Assembly: GCA_035390665.1 (NCBI GenBank)
Contig: DAOOUC010000012.1
Span: 1 to 19,014 of the forward strand
Direction of reading: 5' to 3'
DNA: 19,014 bases
Origin: an archaeon
GTDB lineage: Archaea > Iainarchaeota > Iainarchaeia > Iainarchaeales > CSSED10-239
In this document: piece after piece, positions 15,630 through 19,014 of the stretch
Numbering within the stretch: position 1 is the stretch's first letter
Layout of the letters: every line of letters begins with the position of its first letter
Program-made: the position numbers and the translations under genes
The notes under the pieces: generated by a model
Database searches by the model: none
Told to the model about the DNA's origin: nothing
Seen by the model: the letters and a program-made list of their open reading frames with translations, nothing else

Positions 15630-16717
15630 ATATATTATATGGAATTAGTGGAATAGGAACTGGTCATTCAAACAGACAACTACCGATAATTGAACATTTT
15701 TCTAAAGATTCTAGGATTGCAATCTTTTGTTATGGTGAAAGTTACAGAATATATAGTGAGCTTTCTACTAAAAATAAAAATATTATACCCATTTTAGTAG
15801 ACATCCCGTTTATAGCAGAAAGTTCCAATGGATTTGATTGGAAAGAAACTGTAAGAATAAACAAAGGAAAAGACTTTAATACAATAAATAGTTTAGCAAT
15901 TTTAAAAGTAGAAGAAACAATTGGAATACCAGATGTTGTTATTTCTGATTATGAACCATTAAGTGCACAATATTCTTATGCATATGATGTGCCCTTAATC
16001 ACAATTGATCAGCAAAGTAAATATCTTTGTGGCAATTATCCTTCGTTAAATGGTAAAACCGTAATTTCAGAGGTTATGCGTCTTAGAATGTTCTTACCAA
16101 AGGCTAATGCAAGAATTGCTTGTTCTTTTTTTAATGTAGATACTTCTATAAATAAACATAATGTGACTATTTTACCACCAACCATTAAAGATGAAATATT
16201 AAATCTAAAGAAAAAAGAAGAAAATGTAATATTACTATATATTTCTTCCCAAAGCGAGTTTGTTCAAAATCTTGAAGAAGTAATAGATGTTTTTAAATTA
16301 TATAAAAAAGAAAAATTTGAAATATTTGTAAAAGATATACCAATTATTAATTTACCAGAAAATGTTTCAATTCATAAGCACGGAGACAACAATCATTTTT
16401 ATGAAACTTTAAGTAAATCTAAAGCAATTATTTCAACTGCTGGGCACACCTTATTATCAGAAGCAATGTATTTAGGAATTCCAGTATATGCTGTGCCATT
16501 ATCTGTCTATGAACAACACATGAATGCAAATGTTTTAGAGAAAAATGGATTTGGGATATCTAGAAAAAAGATAGAAAAAGAAAGTTTAGATTATTTCTTA
16601 CAGAACCTTTTAAGATTTAAAACAAATATAATGACTGATAAAGAAATATTACTAAGGAGATCTGGAAAAGAAGAAATAATTAAATTAATAGAACAAATTG
16701 CAAGAGGGGAAAAATGA
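15626..16717 (+). CDS. Glycosyltransferase, GT-B fold, MJ1255-like
   Basis: N-terminal 'MNILYGISGIGTGHSNRQLPIIEHF', 'DVVISDYEP' and C-terminal 'KAIISTAGHTLLSEAMYLGIPVYAVPLSVYEQHMNANVLEKNGFG'. Confidence 0.8.
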   Translation: MNILYGISGIGTGHSNRQLPIIEHFSKDSRIAIFCYGESYRIYSELSTKNKNIIPILVDIPFIAESSNGFDWKETVRINKGKDFNTINSLAILKVEETIGIPDVVISDYEPLSAQYSYAYDVPLITIDQQSKYLCGNYPSLNGKTVISEVMRLRMFLPKANARIACSFFNVDTSINKHNVTILPPTIKDEILNLKKKEENVILLYISSQSEFVQNLEEVIDVFKLYKKEKFEIFVKDIPIINLPENVSIHKHGDNNHFYETLSKSKAIISTAGHTLLSEAMYLGIPVYAVPLSVYEQHMNANVLEKNGFGISRKKIEKESLDYFLQNLLRFKTNIMTDKEILLRRSGKEEIIKLIEQIARGEK

Positions 16718-17859
16718 AGATACTTGTATTTTCCCCGCCATTTCTTGGACACCTTAACATTCTTAGAAAAATGATAGAAAATAACAGAGATATAGAATTT
16801 AAACTAGTTATTACTGGTTGGAAAAATATTATAATTGATGGCGAACTTAATCTAAATAAATCAACGCTTACAGAAACAGATCCGGCATTATGGACTTTTA
16901 AAAGAACTTATGAGCTTTTAGATGATTGTCTAGAAGTTACAAAAACATATAATCCTGATTTAATAATTTATGATTTTTTTTGTTTAGAAGCATATTTTGT
17001 TGGAAGATTATTAAATATTCCAGCTTGGGCGTCTATTCCATCAATGCTTGGACCAAATGATAAAGATGATTATCTTAAAGAAAAAATAAAATTGCCAGAA
17101 AATCAAGAATATTTAAAAAAATTAGAAGAAAAATATAAGATAAAAATAGAAGATATAGAAATGATCTCAGATGGTTTGTATTTTCCAGAAAAAAACAACA
17201 TAGTTTGGTCATATCCAGAAATTATTACAAAAGACTTTATGACTGGAAGAAAAGAAAATAAATTTTATTTTGTTGGAAACTATAATACTTATAGAAAACA
17301 AGAAAAAGAAATTATTTATTTTTCCTTTGGTACAGTTGTAATGAATAATTTATGGAACCAACAAGAAGAAACAAGAGAATTACTTAAAGAATTTATTCAA
17401 GAAGTTTCAAAAAAATTAAAAGAAGAAAAAGTAATCTTTGTTACTCAAGGAAAACCAATATTAGAAAACTATCCAAGCAACTGGGAGATAAAAGAAAATG
17501 TAGACCAAGTGGAGTTTCTTTCAAGATCAAAATTATTTATAACCCACGGAGGAAACAATAGCTTTCATGAATCTTTTTTACAAAAAGTGCCAATGATTGT
17601 TATCCCTTTCTTTGGAGACCAGATACTTACTGGGCAAAGAGTTGAAAAATTAGGAATTGGAATAAATCTAGGAATAGATACTTCAATAGACACAAAGAAA
17701 TCAAAAGTATTTCTAAATAAAGAACTAGCAAACAGATTAACACAAGCAGTAAAAGAAATACTAAATAATCCCAAATATCAAAACAAGCTTGATAATTTTA
17801 AATTAACCAATGATAATTTGAATGAGTTAATTAAGAAACAGTTTTCTTCTGTTTTTTAA
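16714..17859 (+). CDS. GT1/MGT-like UDP-glycosyltransferase
   Basis: 'ILVFSPPFLGHLN', 'IIYFSFGTVV', 'VEFLSRSKLFITHGGNNSFHESFLQKVPMIVIPFFGDQILTGQRVEKLGIGINL'. Confidence 0.85.
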   Translation: MKILVFSPPFLGHLNILRKMIENNRDIEFKLVITGWKNIIIDGELNLNKSTLTETDPALWTFKRTYELLDDCLEVTKTYNPDLIIYDFFCLEAYFVGRLLNIPAWASIPSMLGPNDKDDYLKEKIKLPENQEYLKKLEEKYKIKIEDIEMISDGLYFPEKNNIVWSYPEIITKDFMTGRKENKFYFVGNYNTYRKQEKEIIYFSFGTVVMNNLWNQQEETRELLKEFIQEVSKKLKEEKVIFVTQGKPILENYPSNWEIKENVDQVEFLSRSKLFITHGGNNSFHESFLQKVPMIVIPFFGDQILTGQRVEKLGIGINLGIDTSIDTKKSKVFLNKELANRLTQAVKEILNNPKYQNKLDNFKLTNDNLNELIKKQFSSVF

Positions 17860-17947
17860 ATTATTTGATTTTAAATTCTATTTGGTCATTTATGATATCT
17901 CGTAACTCAATCACCTCTATCTAAAAGATTTAGAAAAAAAGGCAAAA

Positions 17948-18610
17948 TCACATTAGTTTCTTCTCTAGTTCTTTATAGTAATCAAGACTTAGTTTTCTTA
18001 TATTTTTTAGTATTGGAATGGCGATTTTTCTATCTTCTAAAAGATTTAATCTTTCTTCAAACCAAGTTATCCAAACATCTTTTCCTGATTTTTTTGTTTG
18101 ATAGATTATTTCTTCTAAAACAATATCCCAGTCAGGGTTTGTTCTAGCAATTGATTGACAATCATCAATATCTCCATCTCTGTCTGTTATGCTTTTGAAA
18201 ACTAAAATGTCTTCTAAGGAACAAGCAAATAGCTTAATGTTTTTGTATTCTTTTATTAGTTTTGCCCTCTTTATCATATTTTCACTAAGGAAAAGATTAT
18301 TACACACAATTTTATTAAAGATATCAAATCTATAATTATCTTTGATTAGTATATTTTCTAAATTTAATTTATGGTATTCTCTTGTTGGTTTTTCATGTGT
18401 GAAATCATTTTTTTTGAGTGTATTAATCAATGATTCATATTCTTCTTTTGAGTTAACTATTAGATCTATGTCTTTTGTTCCTTGTTTTGCGCTGTGGTAT
18501 AGTAGTACTGCTCCACCAATTAGGTAGATATCTATTTTCTTAGAAATACTTTGATCCATTTTTTCAAATGCTTCAGAGATTTGAGTAAAGTCTGTAATAT
18601 ATTTTTCCAT
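17948..18610 (-). CDS. Nucleotidyltransferase-fold protein (AbiEii / MNT-like candidate)
   Basis: 'DIYLIGGAVLLYHSAKQGTKDIDLIVNSKEEYESLI' is the GG...TxDIDL pattern of NTase-fold proteins. Also 'RFDIFNKIV' and 'LEDILVFKSITDRDGDIDDCQSI'. Confidence 0.75.
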   Translation of the reverse strand: MEKYITDFTQISEAFEKMDQSISKKIDIYLIGGAVLLYHSAKQGTKDIDLIVNSKEEYESLINTLKKNDFTHEKPTREYHKLNLENILIKDNYRFDIFNKIVCNNLFLSENMIKRAKLIKEYKNIKLFACSLEDILVFKSITDRDGDIDDCQSIARTNPDWDIVLEEIIYQTKKSGKDVWITWFEERLNLLEDRKIAIPILKNIRKLSLDYYKELEKKLM

Positions 18611-18617
18611 ATTCCAA

Positions 18618-19014
18618 TCACATCTTTATACCATACACTTTTGCTTTTTCTTTTATTTCTTTTAGTGGAGGATATCTGTCTATTTTTTCTCCAGCAAATA
18701 TTTTGTTTAGGTTGTCTAGTATTGGATGTTTAATATCTTTAAATTCATCTTTATATTTGTAATAGAATAACGCAAGATACAATCTGTCTCTAAATTCTTT
18801 TGTTTTTTCTACAATTGCTAAAGTGTGTAAAAGTATATCTTGTTTAGTTAGTTGTTTCTTAGGTAGATAATAGAAGTTTTCAAGAGTATAGATAAGTAGA
18901 TTATAGTCCTTGAAAGCAGAAAAAGAAGTTAATGTTGCATCGTTTATATTTTGCTTTATTGAAAACACAATTTCTTTTTCGTTTTTATAGTAGATAGTAG
19001 AACCAACAGGCACT
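18618..19014 (-). CDS. Partner ORF of the nucleotidyltransferase; N-terminus outside the window, uncharacterised
   Basis: Open frame reaches the window edge, so the GTG at 19013 is probably internal. It ends 7 bp upstream of the NTase ATG. Sequence 'PVGSTIYYKNEKEIVFSIKQNINDATLTSFSAFKDYNLLIYTLENFYYLPKK'. Confidence 0.6.
   Translation of the reverse strand, partial: VPVGSTIYYKNEKEIVFSIKQNINDATLTSFSAFKDYNLLIYTLENFYYLPKKQLTKQDILLHTLAIVEKTKEFRDRLYLALFYYKYKDEFKDIKHPILDNLNKIFAGEKIDRYPPLKEIKEKAKVYGIKM

Noticed and set aside
18342-18733. Two + strand ORFs (60-61 aa) over the NTase and partner genes
   Set aside because: Antisense shadow ORFs of supported minus-strand genes.
1-19014. CRISPR array or insertion sequence
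   Set aside because: No regularly spaced repeats, Cas-like genes, transposase motifs or terminal inverted repeats were seen.

Overview
This AT-rich 19 kb window looks like archaeal, probably DPANN-type, chromosomal DNA. The evidence is archaeal type IV pilin-like N-termini, TATA-like boxes, and linked ATCase catalytic and regulatory genes. Gene content, left to right: a truncated histidine phosphatase; a SAM methyltransferase; an argF-pyrB-pyrI operon; a convergent methyltransferase; a DUF362-type 2x[4Fe-4S] protein; an uncharacterised Rossmann/methyltransferase-like gene; a secreted pilin-like protein interrupted by a 136-aa Hint/mini-intein-like domain whose +1 residue is Leu; full-length uvrA; a dinD-like gene plus an 81-aa coiled-coil ORF; an HExxH protein; a HIT protein with a degenerate triad (HAHIK); another methyltransferase; a three-gene coupled operon (Nudix + HprK-like P-loop fusion, MJ1255-like glycosyltransferase, GT1/MGT-like glycosyltransferase); and a nucleotidyltransferase-fold gene with an upstream partner truncated by the window edge. 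The most notable observations are: (1) the Hint domain set inside the last strands of a pilin-anchored beta domain, lacking a Cys/Ser/Thr +1 nucleophile; (2) two related palindromes (CATTTTNNTGACGTCAANAAAATG), one 28-bp perfect inside dinD and one 24-bp near-perfect between the dinD operon and uvrA; (3) the Nudix/HprK-like + two-GT operon; and (4) a GC-rich, hairpin-bearing intergenic patch upstream of dinD. No CRISPR array, rRNA or tRNA was recognised.
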